Positions 9,607 through 19,352 of a stretch of DNA of 64,000 nt are shown in pieces (positions within the stretch are counted from its first letter, which is position 1; every line of letters starts with the position of its first letter). The translations under genes and the position numbers were made by a program. The DNA is from an uncultured Candidatus Saccharibacteria bacterium (GTDB lineage Bacteria; Patescibacteriota; Minisyncoccia; UBA6257). The notes under the pieces are model-generated. The model saw only the letters and a program-made list of their open reading frames with translations, did no database searches and was not told where the DNA came from. The DNA lies in NCBI GenBank assembly GCA_964479005.1, contig CAYZJA010000002.1, positions 64,001 through 128,000 on the forward strand. Reading direction: 5' to 3'.

Positions 9607-10686
9607 ATGTCCTTATCTTTATTAAAGATAGCAATTGGTTTGTTTTTGATTTCTTTGTTTTTCGGCAATTCTTATCTTTCTTCCCAAATTATGTTTCTTC
9701 AAAAAGAGGGGGAAGAGTTTTTAATAAAAGAAGACGGTTGCCCCATAATTTTAGAAGGCAGTTCATTTGCTAAGACGGCTTATGCCTACAGTGAATGCTT
9801 AAGTGCGGACGGAAGTCAAATTATTGAGGGCGATTTTGAAACGTATGACCCAGCCCAACAGAATTTTTTGATTATTATAAACAGCGATAGTTTTTTGGGA
9901 ATTAATTCCCCTGTTAAATTTTTATTGCCTTCATCTCAGCGCCATACAGTTTTTTCCTATGTAGTGCAGGAAGGAGATACGCCGGGTAGAATTGCGGCAA
10001 ATTTTGGAGTAAGTTTAAATACTATTTTATGGGCTAATGATTTAAAATCCAGCTCTATAATTAAACCCAATCAGGAACTCATTATTCTTCCAATTTCAGG
10101 AGTAATGCATACAGTCAAAAAAGGAGACACATTACTTTCTATAGCCAAAAAATACAGGGCATCATCTGATGAAATATTTGTTTTTAATGATTTAAAAGAT
10201 GAAGGTTCTATAAAAATCGGCCAAGAACTTATCATTCCAAGTGGTCGGCTTTCTTCAGCCACTTCTCTATCATTATCTGCTGGGCTTAAACCTATGATAA
10301 TTGATATTAGTCATTGGCCAGAGATTGATGGCTTTTTTGCTTATCCTACTTCCTTCGGCTTGAATAGAGGGATTTTCCACTATTATAATGCCGTTGATAT
10401 TGTGAGTTCTTGTGGAAGTCCTATTTATGCTGCTGCTGATGGAATGGTAGTTGAAGCTAAAGGAACAGGAAGATATAATTACGGTTATGGTAATTTAGTT
10501 AAGATTCAACATTATAACGGCACTACGACTGTTTATGGCCATCTAAGCGGATTATCTGTAAAAGAAGGAGATAAGGTTTATCAAGGAGATCTAATAGGAA
10601 AGATGGGTGACACAGGCAATGCTGAATGTTGTCATCTTCATTTTGAAGTCAGAGGAGCCCAGAATCCTTTTGTAAAAAGACGATAG
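9607..10686 (+). CDS. LysM-domain peptidase M23 (cell-wall endopeptidase)
   Basis: Two LysM motifs ('YVVQEGDTPGRIAANFGVS', 'HTVKKGDTLLSIAKKY') plus M23 motifs 'YGHLS' and 'GDTGNAECCHLHFEV'. Confidence 0.8.
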   Translation: MSLSLLKIAIGLFLISLFFGNSYLSSQIMFLQKEGEEFLIKEDGCPIILEGSSFAKTAYAYSECLSADGSQIIEGDFETYDPAQQNFLIIINSDSFLGINSPVKFLLPSSQRHTVFSYVVQEGDTPGRIAANFGVSLNTILWANDLKSSSIIKPNQELIILPISGVMHTVKKGDTLLSIAKKYRASSDEIFVFNDLKDEGSIKIGQELIIPSGRLSSATSLSLSAGLKPMIIDISHWPEIDGFFAYPTSFGLNRGIFHYYNAVDIVSSCGSPIYAAADGMVVEAKGTGRYNYGYGNLVKIQHYNGTTTVYGHLSGLSVKEGDKVYQGDLIGKMGDTGNAECCHLHFEVRGAQNPFVKRR

Positions 10687-10692
10687 GGACAA

Positions 10693-12237
10693 TTAATATT
10701 CATTCCAAGAAAATTCCGTTTTATATTGCAATGCTTCGGCAACGTGATTAAACTTAATTGTTTCTGTATTTTCTAAATCAGCTATTGTCCGGCTGATTTT
10801 TAAAATTCTGTGATAGGATCGAGCTGATAAAGAATATTTGTTGATAGCCTTTTTTAGTAAGATTTCCGCTTGTTGCTCTACTTGGCAAAATTCATTTATT
10901 TCTTTTATTTTCATTTCCCCGTTAGTAGACATACTAGGATTAATATTAATGAATCTTTGTTCTTGTATTTTACGGGCAGTAATAATCTTTTGTTTTATTT
11001 CTTCCGAGGTTTCTAGGGGGATATTGCTCTTTATTTCTTTAAATGATAAACGCGGTACATCAATAATAATATCGATTCTATCCAAAAGTGGGCCAGAAAT
11101 CTTTTTTCTATATCTAATTATATCTCCAGGGCGGCAGACGCATTCTTTATGCGAATCACCAAAATAGCCACATGGGCAGGGATTCATTGCCGCTATTAAA
11201 ATAAATTTAGCTGGAAAAGTGATTCTGTTTTGGACGCGGGATACGCAAATTTTCCCCTCTTCTAGTGGCTGCCTAAGGCTTTCCAAAACATCTCTTTTGA
11301 ATTCTGGCAATTCATCCAGAAAAAGGATTCCGCAATGAGCTAAAGTAATTTCCCCGGGCATCGGATGCGTTCCCCCTCCAATTAGCGCAGCTGACGACGC
11401 AGTATGATGCGGAGAACGAAAAGGACATTGCGTAATTAATGGTTGAGAAGGCGGGAGCAATCCGCTAATACTGTGAATTTTAGTCACTTCAAGGCATTTT
11501 TCCATGCTCATTGGTGGGAGAATAGAGAGAAAGGCTTTGGCTAGCAGAGTTTTTCCCGAACCAGGCGGACCTATCATTAAAATATTATGATTTCCGCTGG
11601 CAGCGACAACAAGCGCCCTTTTTGCTCTGGCTTGCCCCTTTATTTGAGAAAAATCCATCTCTTTATTAAAAGCACTGGGAAAATTCTTAGGGGCTTTATA
11701 AGGAGAAAGATTAATTTTGTTTTCTAAAAAAGAAATAAGTTCTTTAAGGTTTTTTATTCCAATAACTTTTAGATTTTTTGCAGCCATAGCCGCTTCGGCA
11801 GCATTTTTAGAAGGAACGAAAATATATTCATAACCGTTTTTTTCTGCCCACATAGCAATAGCTAAAACTCCGCGTACTGGTTTTACCAATCCTTCTAATG
11901 TTAATTCTCCAACGAAAATCTTTTTTTCAGGAGAAAAAGGAATAATTTGTTCAGAAGCCAAAAGATAGCCTAATGCAATAGCTACATCATAATAAGAGCC
12001 GTATTTTTTCATATTAGCTGGCGCTAAATTAATAGTAATTTTCCTATTTGCTCTTAAAGGAGATTTAGCTCCAATATTTTTTATTGCGGCTGATACTCTT
12101 TGCTTGGCTTCTTTAATAGAAATATCTGGTAAGCCGATTATATTAAAAGAATGAAGTCCATTAGATACATCAACTTCTACTTCAATTAAAGTAGTTTCTA
12201 AACCAAAAAGAGCGGCAGAGTAAATTTTAGACAACAT
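10693..12237 (-). CDS. comM: Mg-chelatase-like AAA+ protein ComM/YifB
   Basis: N-terminal 'MLSKIYSAALFGLE..IEVEVD', Walker A 'GPPGSGKT', and C-terminal ChlI-like region. Confidence 0.85.
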   Translation of the reverse strand: MLSKIYSAALFGLETTLIEVEVDVSNGLHSFNIIGLPDISIKEAKQRVSAAIKNIGAKSPLRANRKITINLAPANMKKYGSYYDVAIALGYLLASEQIIPFSPEKKIFVGELTLEGLVKPVRGVLAIAMWAEKNGYEYIFVPSKNAAEAAMAAKNLKVIGIKNLKELISFLENKINLSPYKAPKNFPSAFNKEMDFSQIKGQARAKRALVVAASGNHNILMIGPPGSGKTLLAKAFLSILPPMSMEKCLEVTKIHSISGLLPPSQPLITQCPFRSPHHTASSAALIGGGTHPMPGEITLAHCGILFLDELPEFKRDVLESLRQPLEEGKICVSRVQNRITFPAKFILIAAMNPCPCGYFGDSHKECVCRPGDIIRYRKKISGPLLDRIDIIIDVPRLSFKEIKSNIPLETSEEIKQKIITARKIQEQRFININPSMSTNGEMKIKEINEFCQVEQQAEILLKKAINKYSLSARSYHRILKISRTIADLENTETIKFNHVAEALQYKTEFSWNEY

Positions 12238-12275
12238 AATTTATGCACCCGCCGCTTTTTTGAATATTTTATAGT

Positions 12276-12659
12276 TTATTTTTTCTGGGACTTGTTTTTA
12301 TTATTGCAAATTATACAAGTTTTAGCCGCAGCATTGGCCTTTAAACGATCCAATCGGATATCTTTTTTACAGATTTCACAGCGACCATAATTATTTTCTT
12401 TAATTTTTTCCAAAGCTTCATTAACTTCTTTAAGGCGAATTTCTAAAGCATATTCTACAGCCAATAAGTTTTCATACATTTCTGTTTCTTTAACGCCTTC
12501 ATCAGGCGCAGAAGAACGGCCTCCGAGATCTGGAAATCTGGTATCGTAATCATCAGGCAGCTTCTTATCTTTATCGGCAAATTTTAACAAATCCTTTTCT
12601 AAAAGGGCTCGTTCTTGCTCTAATTTCTTTTTTAATTCGGAGAGAGTTTTTTTGTCCAT
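12276..12659 (-). CDS. DksA/TraR-family C4 zinc-finger protein
   Basis: Coiled-coil N-terminus and C-terminal 'CEICKKDI...CIIC' four-Cys finger. Confidence 0.7.
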   Translation of the reverse strand: MDKKTLSELKKKLEQERALLEKDLLKFADKDKKLPDDYDTRFPDLGGRSSAPDEGVKETEMYENLLAVEYALEIRLKEVNEALEKIKENNYGRCEICKKDIRLDRLKANAAAKTCIICNNKNKSQKK

Positions 12660-12679
12660 AATTTTAATACAGGCATTCT

Positions 12680-12712
12680 ATCATAAAATCAGAATTTTTA
12701 AAAGTCAACCCC
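12680..12712 (-). promoter_or_regulatory. GGGG-TTGACT-N17-TATGAT promoter for the DksA-like gene
   Basis: Reverse complement of 12680-12712 reads 'ggggTTGACTtttaaaaattctgatttTATGAT'. Confidence 0.4.
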
Positions 12713-12758
12713 ATGCTGATTGACCTTACATAAAAATATTGATATTATAAAAACAAAT

Positions 12759-12829
12759 GCGGGGTTAGTATAGTGGTAATATACGACATTGCCAATGTCG
12801 AGACGCGAGTTCAATTCTCGTACCCCGCT
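12759..12829 (+). tRNA. tRNA-Gly(GCC)
   Basis: Cloverleaf with acceptor GCGGGGT/ACCCCGC, anticodon stem CGACA/TGTCG and loop TTGCCAA; CCA not encoded. Confidence 0.85.
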
Positions 12830-12863
12830 CAAATTAAATAGCAATTAACAAAATAACAATGAT

Positions 12864-12902
12864 TAAAAACAACCCATTAATTAATTAATGAGTTGTTTTT
12901 TT
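12864..12902. terminator. bidirectional rho-independent terminator
   Basis: 'aaacaaccca-ttaattaattaa-tgagttgtt' stem followed by T7. Confidence 0.5.
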
Positions 12903-13160
12903 AATATCCGTTACTATCTTTTTTGTTTCTTCCATCATAATCTCTTGTAGATTTCCCAGGTAGTCATGCAAGAAATTATTTTTTTCTTCTTCATTATCAG
13001 AATTGAATATTTTTGCCATCATTGCTTTTTTTTCGTTATCTAAATTTTTATAAGCTCGCATTAATGAACGTTCTAATATAGTGTCATATATAGTGTCATA
13101 TAATTGTGAAACCGTGCTTTTCATTTCTGGAGGAAGATTGTTTAAAAATTTTTGTTGCAT
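12885..13160 (-). CDS. hypothetical small protein
   Basis: 91-aa ORF with no recognisable motif. Confidence 0.4.
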   Translation of the reverse strand: MQQKFLNNLPPEMKSTVSQLYDTIYDTILERSLMRAYKNLDNEKKAMMAKIFNSDNEEEKNNFLHDYLGNLQEIMMEETKKIVTDIKKTTH

Positions 13161-13195
13161 TTTACATATTATTTAAAATTTTAATAAATTAATTA

Positions 13196-14551
13196 TCATT
13201 TTTTCTCTTTCTTTTTACCTCCTCCGGCTTGTCCTATCAAATAATCTTCTCCCTTCATCAGAAGTCCAATAAAAAGAATTAAGATTAATGTAACAAACCA
13301 ACCAGCTGCTCCAAAAGCTGTTCCCCATGCAGATTCTTTTTTCTCAATATGTTCTTTTGCTTTTGTGATAGAATCTGGGACTTCTTCTTTTTGTTTTGTT
13401 ATCTTTTCTATTGTTTTTCTAAGCGCTTGAAATTCTTTTGTGTTTATGAGTTTTTGAACTTTTTCCTTTGTCTTTGGATCCTCAAAAAAGTTAACCAGTT
13501 CGGGCAGAACCTTGGATACTGCTTCTTTGTCAAACCCAAATTTTTTTAATTGTTCTATAATTATTTCATCTGGCGGTAATTTGTCGTGTTTCATATCTTT
13601 CTTTAGATCCTGTAAAGATTGTTTCTTCTTTTCAATTGATTCTTTCTCTATATCTGCTATTTCTGCTATAGTTTTTGACTTAATATCTGGGTTTTCTATA
13701 TTTTTAACAATAACATCAACATTGCCTTTAAAAGGTATATCTTCTGAGGCTAAAATCTGGGCTATTTCTTTGAAGGTTTTATCCTTTGAATAAAAAATAT
13801 TCTCTTTTTCTAATTGTCCATTAACAAAATTTTTTATTATTTTCAGTTTTTCTTTATCCTCAAGACCCCACTCTTTATAGTCTAAGGCCATAGTTAAGCC
13901 AACTTTGTTAACTGTTTGTGCCTTTTTTAAATCATAAAGAAATATCGATGGCTCTAATCTATTAAGTTCTGAGAAAATATTTTGGATGCCTTTATAATTA
14001 TCTAAATAGGCTGTGTCTGTCCAGTCGTCGATTAATTTAAAGTATCTTTCCGTTTTTTCTTTTTTTAATTTTTTAGTATCACATGGCATTTGCTTGATTT
14101 TTTCCAGTTCATCATAATATTCCTCTGTAATCTCTCTTTCTAAATCCTCTTTTTCCTTTTCTTTTTCTCCTTTTTTCTTTTTTGGACCCTCTTTCTTCCC
14201 AGGTTTTTTTCCTTCTGGTTTTACCTCCTTTTCTTCTTTTCCCCCCGGAGTTTCTTTAGTCTGTTTGTCTAGTGTGGTATATTTTATTTCTAACTCCTTC
14301 TTTTTTTGTATGTCGTCGGGACTAAGATATTCTTTATCATCTAATTTCTTTAATTCTTCTTCTAATGATGTTAATTCTTTATCAGTCTCTTCCTTTTTTG
14401 CATGGTCACCTTCTTTATCCTGTTCTGTTGATTCAGCGCTTTTCTCCTCAGCAGGTTTTCTCCAGATACCATTTTCAAGAACCCATCCAGGATAGGGAGG
14501 TTGTTCTTTAGATGGTTCTAATGGAGTATTTGGTATTTGTTCAAATCTCAT
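13196..14551 (-). CDS. highly charged coiled-coil-like protein with C-terminal TM anchor
   Basis: K/E-rich 451 aa ending in 'GAAGWFVTLILILFIGLLM' and a basic tail. Confidence 0.5.
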   Translation of the reverse strand: MRFEQIPNTPLEPSKEQPPYPGWVLENGIWRKPAEEKSAESTEQDKEGDHAKKEETDKELTSLEEELKKLDDKEYLSPDDIQKKKELEIKYTTLDKQTKETPGGKEEKEVKPEGKKPGKKEGPKKKKGEKEKEKEDLEREITEEYYDELEKIKQMPCDTKKLKKEKTERYFKLIDDWTDTAYLDNYKGIQNIFSELNRLEPSIFLYDLKKAQTVNKVGLTMALDYKEWGLEDKEKLKIIKNFVNGQLEKENIFYSKDKTFKEIAQILASEDIPFKGNVDVIVKNIENPDIKSKTIAEIADIEKESIEKKKQSLQDLKKDMKHDKLPPDEIIIEQLKKFGFDKEAVSKVLPELVNFFEDPKTKEKVQKLINTKEFQALRKTIEKITKQKEEVPDSITKAKEHIEKKESAWGTAFGAAGWFVTLILILFIGLLMKGEDYLIGQAGGGKKKEKK

Positions 14552-14565
14552 AATATTTTTTGCTA

Positions 14566-15180
14566 CTATTTTTTGTTTTTTATAATCTCATCAATAATTC
14601 CATATTCTTTTGCTTCTTCAGGAGTAAGCCAAAAATCCCTGTCAGTTTCTTTTGATATTTTCGCGATAGGTTGTCCAGTATGTTTTGCCAAAATCTGATT
14701 TAATTGTTTTTTAACACGAAGAATTTGTTTTGCCGCGATTTCTATTTCTGTAGCCTGACCTCCTGCTTCTCCCATTACCTGATGAAGAAGAAGCTCTGCA
14801 TTAGGAAGGGCAAAGCGTTTGCCTTTTTTACCAGCAGCTAAAATGACAGCGGCGCCAGAGGCGGCCATGCCCAAGCAAAGCGAGGAAACATCACATTTAA
14901 CATATTGTATTGTGTCGTAAATTGCCAGGGTAGAAGTAACTGATCCTCCTGGGGAATTAATGTAAAGGAGGATGTCCTTTTTTGGGTCTTGATGTTCCAA
15001 AAATAACAATTGAGCAATAATAGTATTAGCTAGAGGGTCATCAATTGGACCTCCCAAGAAGATGATTCTTTCTTTCAAAAGTCGGGAATAAATGTCATAA
15101 ACCCTTTCTCCAATAGCGGATTTTTCAATAACAGTAGGAACAAGAACCATATCATTTTGATTTTGAGAAAAATTCTTCAT
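14566..15180 (-). CDS. clpP: ATP-dependent Clp protease proteolytic subunit
   Basis: '[18 protein letters not shown]' and '[16 protein letters not shown]' (Ser-His-Asp triad context). Confidence 0.9.
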   Translation of the reverse strand: MKNFSQNQNDMVLVPTVIEKSAIGERVYDIYSRLLKERIIFLGGPIDDPLANTIIAQLLFLEHQDPKKDILLYINSPGGSVTSTLAIYDTIQYVKCDVSSLCLGMAASGAAVILAAGKKGKRFALPNAELLLHQVMGEAGGQATEIEIAAKQILRVKKQLNQILAKHTGQPIAKISKETDRDFWLTPEEAKEYGIIDEIIKNKK

Positions 15181-15206
15181 ATTTATTTGTTTACAGTAAT
15201 ATATTT

Positions 15207-15240
15207 AATATAGTGGTTTTTAAATCTTTTGTCAAACCCC
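15207..15240 (-). promoter_or_regulatory. GGGG-TTTGACA-N17-TATATT promoter for clpP
   Basis: Reverse complement reads 'ggggtTTGACAaaagatttaaaaaccacTATATT'. Confidence 0.4.
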
Positions 15241-15282
15241 ATGCCTTTGAAAAATAAAATAAAATTAGTATAATGAATTCAT

Positions 15283-15969
15283 ATGGAAGAAAAAGAATTA
15301 TCTATTATTATTCCCGTCTATGAAAAAGGGAAGTGGATTAGTAATACAATTAAATCTCTACTTGAACATTTTCCTCGGGCAGAGATTATTATAATTAATG
15401 ACGGTAGCAAAGATGATACGCAAAAGATAAGAGATATATTTGGCGAGAGAATTGTTTACTTAGAAAACGAAATGAATTACGGGAAAGGATATAGTTTACG
15501 GAAAGGATTTAATAAAGCGCAAGGAAAATATTTGATTTTTACTGATGCTGATCTGCCTTTTAACGTTGAATATATAGACAAAGTATTTGAAGAATTAAAA
15601 AAGAAAAAATCTATAGTAATTGGTTACCGCAAACGATTCTATAATGATAGATTTTACAAAAAGCTTATTAGGCCTTTCTTGTATTTAACATTAAAAATCT
15701 TGTTTGGTTTTAAATATCGTGATACTCAGTGTGGTTTGAAGGGATTTGCCAAAGAACAAGGTAAAAAAATATTTGCCCTTAGTATTACAAATGGTTTTGT
15801 GATTGATATAGAAATACTTTATTTAGCCAAAAGATTAGGTTATTCAGTGGATAAAGCTGAAGTAAAACAAGGGATTTTTTCTGATTCATCCACTTTTTAT
15901 CTTTCTGGTATGTTGCGAATGGTTTTTGATTTATTAATAATAAAATTTCATCACTATGAAATACCTTAA
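15283..15969 (+). CDS. family 2 glycosyltransferase (polyprenyl-phosphate sugar synthase, DPM1/GtrB-like)
   Basis: 'LSIIIPVYE', 'IIINDGSKDDT' and the 'FTDADL' DxD motif. Confidence 0.8.
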   Translation: MEEKELSIIIPVYEKGKWISNTIKSLLEHFPRAEIIIINDGSKDDTQKIRDIFGERIVYLENEMNYGKGYSLRKGFNKAQGKYLIFTDADLPFNVEYIDKVFEELKKKKSIVIGYRKRFYNDRFYKKLIRPFLYLTLKILFGFKYRDTQCGLKGFAKEQGKKIFALSITNGFVIDIEILYLAKRLGYSVDKAEVKQGIFSDSSTFYLSGMLRMVFDLLIIKFHHYEIP

Positions 15970-18043
15970 ATTTCAAAGGATTTCTGTTATCCTGGTTTTT
16001 ATCTTTATTTTTGGTTATTTAATTTCTCAAATTCCGTGGAATTTAATCTTTACTGATACAATGGTTGGTGGAGGAGACACAGGTTCTCATAATTATGTTG
16101 TTTATTATGCTCAAGAGATTTTTCCAAAAATAAAATGGTGGTCTCCTGATTGGTATGCTGGTTTTCCTTTTCTATATTTTTATCCCCCGCTCCTTTATTA
16201 CACAACAATACTATTAAGTTATGCCATTCCTTTAAATATTGCCTTTAAATTAATTACACTTTTAGGAACATTTCTTTTGCCTTTAACTGTTTTTCTTTGT
16301 TTGTTATTTCTTGACTTCAAATTTCCTATCCCTTCTTTAGGGGCTCTTCTGAGCTTAAGCTATTTGTTTCTGGAAAAGTTTTCTATTTATGGCGGTAATA
16401 TCCCGAGTACTTTATCAGGGGTGTTTTCATATTCTTTTGCTTTTGCTCTTTTCTTTTTATTTATTGGCTTATTAGTAAAAGGAATAAAAGAAAATCGTTA
16501 TTTAATTATTAATATTTTTGTTCTTTCTTTAATGATTTTATCCCATCCCTTCTCTGCTATGGTTGCTGTTTTATTTGCAGCGATTATTTTTTTACAAAGT
16601 GTAATAAAAAAAGAAGCAAAGAAAGTTTTTTTGTATTTAATTAAGGTTTTTGGTTTAGCTTTTGGTTTAACTGCTTTTTGGTCACTTCCTTTTTTAGGTC
16701 TTCTTTCCTATACATCAAAAATGAGTTGGACCAAAATAATTAAATTTGAAGAAATTTTTCCAGCCTCTTTAATGATTTTTCAGATCATTGCGATATTAGG
16801 AATAATTTATGCTTTTCTTAAAAAAGACAAAAAACTTTTTCCTCTTGTTTTTATTATTTGCGTTTCTTTGATACCATTTCTTTTTCTTAATAATTCCAGT
16901 ATATTGAACGCCAGATTTTTGCCATTTATTTTAATGGCTAGCTTGATGATTGCCGCGTATACCTTAGGAAGCTGGATACAATATATAAAAAAACCATTTG
17001 TTTTTATTGTTTTGCTAGTTTTTTCCGGCTATATGTTATTTTTCTATCTTCCTTCAACAATTTCTTATATTCCTTTTTGGATGAAATGGAATTATGAAGG
17101 ATTGCAAAGTAAGGATGCTTGGCCAGAATTAGAAAGTCTTTCTGGCTATTTAAAAGATCTTCCTTATGGAAGAGTAATGTGGGAATACCGTTCTGAATAT
17201 GATAAATTTGGCACTCCTCGCGTTTTAGAAAACCTGCCGATTTTTACTAACAAACCAACTTTTGAAGGTTTGTTAATTGAGTCTTCTGTTTCTGGCTATT
17301 TTCATTTTATTAATCAAGCTGAAACAACCAAAACGCCTACTTCAGCTATTGCTGGATTAGAATATCCGTCTTTTAATTTTGAAAATGGAGCAAAGCATTT
17401 GCAGTATTTTGGGGCTCAATATTTTGTCGCGTATACATCTGAAATTAAAGAGTTGGCTGACGAACATTTTATCAGAATGTCTGATGTTGGTGGATTTAGA
17501 GTTTATAAGATTCCAGATTCTGATTTGGTGGAGGTTATTCCTGATATTAACTTAAAATTGAAAACAAAAAAGTGGTTAGACGAGTCAATTGATTGGTATA
17601 AAAAAATGGACTTATCTCAGCCCATAGTTTTTTATCAAAATAAAAAAGAATTAGAGGATATAAGGGGCTATATTCAGCAAAAGGAACTAACAGAGAATGC
17701 AATCGTTGAAATAAAAGAAATAAAAAATGATTCTTTAATTTTTTCAACTGATTATTTAGGAATGCCTCATTTAATAAAATATAGTTATTTTCCCGGTTGG
17801 CAAGCAAAAGGAGCAAAAGGCCCTTATTTAATTAGCCCATCTTTTATGATGGTGATTCCTTTTCAAAATGAAGTAACTTTAAAGTATTCTTATAATATTT
17901 GGGATAAAATTGGCTTTGTGATGTCTCTAGGTAGTTTTATGATGATTCTATTGTTGTTGCGAAATTTGTCTTTTTGGCAAAGCCAAAAGGGCGATGCGAA
18001 GCAATCCAAAAAGATTACTGAGTCGCTTCGCTCTTCACAATAA
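15956..18043 (+). CDS. large polytopic membrane protein, GT-C-like glycosyltransferase candidate
   Basis: More than 10 TM helices in the first 400 aa and a ~290-aa C-terminal soluble domain; overlaps the GT2 gene by 14 nt. Confidence 0.55.
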   Translation: MKYLKFQRISVILVFIFIFGYLISQIPWNLIFTDTMVGGGDTGSHNYVVYYAQEIFPKIKWWSPDWYAGFPFLYFYPPLLYYTTILLSYAIPLNIAFKLITLLGTFLLPLTVFLCLLFLDFKFPIPSLGALLSLSYLFLEKFSIYGGNIPSTLSGVFSYSFAFALFFLFIGLLVKGIKENRYLIINIFVLSLMILSHPFSAMVAVLFAAIIFLQSVIKKEAKKVFLYLIKVFGLAFGLTAFWSLPFLGLLSYTSKMSWTKIIKFEEIFPASLMIFQIIAILGIIYAFLKKDKKLFPLVFIICVSLIPFLFLNNSSILNARFLPFILMASLMIAAYTLGSWIQYIKKPFVFIVLLVFSGYMLFFYLPSTISYIPFWMKWNYEGLQSKDAWPELESLSGYLKDLPYGRVMWEYRSEYDKFGTPRVLENLPIFTNKPTFEGLLIESSVSGYFHFINQAETTKTPTSAIAGLEYPSFNFENGAKHLQYFGAQYFVAYTSEIKELADEHFIRMSDVGGFRVYKIPDSDLVEVIPDINLKLKTKKWLDESIDWYKKMDLSQPIVFYQNKKELEDIRGYIQQKELTENAIVEIKEIKNDSLIFSTDYLGMPHLIKYSYFPGWQAKGAKGPYLISPSFMMVIPFQNEVTLKYSYNIWDKIGFVMSLGSFMMILLLLRNLSFWQSQKGDAKQSKKITESLRSSQ

Positions 18044-18054
18044 CAAGAGAAAAA

Positions 18055-19335
18055 TTATTGTTTTTCCAGTATTTGAAATACTTTTTCATTACGCACTATT
18101 CCTAATGCGAATTCTTTTAAGTCTTCAGGATTAATTTTTTCTTTAACTTTTGGGTCAGGAATTTGTTGTAAGATTTCATTAACTTTTTCTTTTATTTCGT
18201 CTTCAGATACTTCAATTTTTTCTAAAAGACCGATTTCTCTTAAAACCAAAGACGAGAAAACTCTTTTTTTTGCCAGTTCTTGGAAATCTTTTCTTAACTC
18301 TTCTTCCGTTTTTTTAATTTGTTCAAGATATTTTTCAAAAGTTAATTGGATTTTTTCAAGCTGAGATTTTAATTCTTCCATCATTTTCTCAATTTCAGTA
18401 TGAATGAGAATTTCAGGAATATCTACTTTAGCATCTGTTATTATTTTATCCAAAACCGCTAAACGCCATTTTTCTTTTTCTTTTGTTTCTTTTTCAATCT
18501 TAAGTCCTTTTAGAATGTTCTTTTTTAATTCTTCTAAATCTTTAAATTTTCCCAATTCTTGAGCAAACTTATCATTTAAAGGAGGTAGTTTTTTTTTCTT
18601 TATTTCTTTGAGAGAAATTTCAACAGAAAGTTTTTTGTCTTGTAAATCTTTTTGAACCCAAGATTTTGGTACTGTTATATTAAAAATTTTATTTTCTCCT
18701 GTTTTCATTCCAATTAAATTTTCTTCAAACCCCGGAATAAAATGTCCTTTTCCTAATATAAAAGAATAGTTTTTATCTTCACCATTTTTAATTAAGCTCT
18801 CCTTTTCTTTAATTTGATAGTCAATGGTGACAATATCTTCTTTTTCAGCTGGACGTTCTACTTTTTCTAAAACAGAGCGGGAGTTTTGCAGCCATAGTAA
18901 CGCGTCATTGATTTCTTTTTTCTCTATTGCAACATTCAATTTTTTCGCCTGCATATCTTTGGCGATTTTTTTATAATCAGGCAAATTTAAATTAGGAATA
19001 ATAGATATTTCTGCTTTAAACTCTACATCCTGATTAGGAATTATTTTAGTGATGTTAATAGATGGATACCCAATTGCTTGAATTTCTTTTTCTTTGATAA
19101 TTTGCGGATAGAATTTTTCAATAGCTAAGCTGGCTGCTTTTTCATAAATTTTTAAGGGGGAAAAATGGTTTTCTGCGATTGACAGAGGGGCTTTACCGAC
19201 GCGATATCCGTTAACTTTAAGATCTTTATTAAGGTCTTTTAAGGCAATATCTTTAAAAGGTAAAAGATCTTTTTTATCAAGATTGACAATTATTTCAATT
19301 TTTGATTTTGGAAGGGAGTTAATTTTTATTTTCAT
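18055..19335 (-). CDS. tig: trigger factor
   Basis: N-terminal 'VNGYRVGKAPLSI' (FRKGKVP-like ribosome-binding motif), central PPIase-like region and helical C-terminus. Confidence 0.75.
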   Translation of the reverse strand: MKIKINSLPKSKIEIIVNLDKKDLLPFKDIALKDLNKDLKVNGYRVGKAPLSIAENHFSPLKIYEKAASLAIEKFYPQIIKEKEIQAIGYPSINITKIIPNQDVEFKAEISIIPNLNLPDYKKIAKDMQAKKLNVAIEKKEINDALLWLQNSRSVLEKVERPAEKEDIVTIDYQIKEKESLIKNGEDKNYSFILGKGHFIPGFEENLIGMKTGENKIFNITVPKSWVQKDLQDKKLSVEISLKEIKKKKLPPLNDKFAQELGKFKDLEELKKNILKGLKIEKETKEKEKWRLAVLDKIITDAKVDIPEILIHTEIEKMMEELKSQLEKIQLTFEKYLEQIKKTEEELRKDFQELAKKRVFSSLVLREIGLLEKIEVSEDEIKEKVNEILQQIPDPKVKEKINPEDLKEFALGIVRNEKVFQILEKQ

Positions 19336-19352
19336 AATTGCAAATTTATTGT

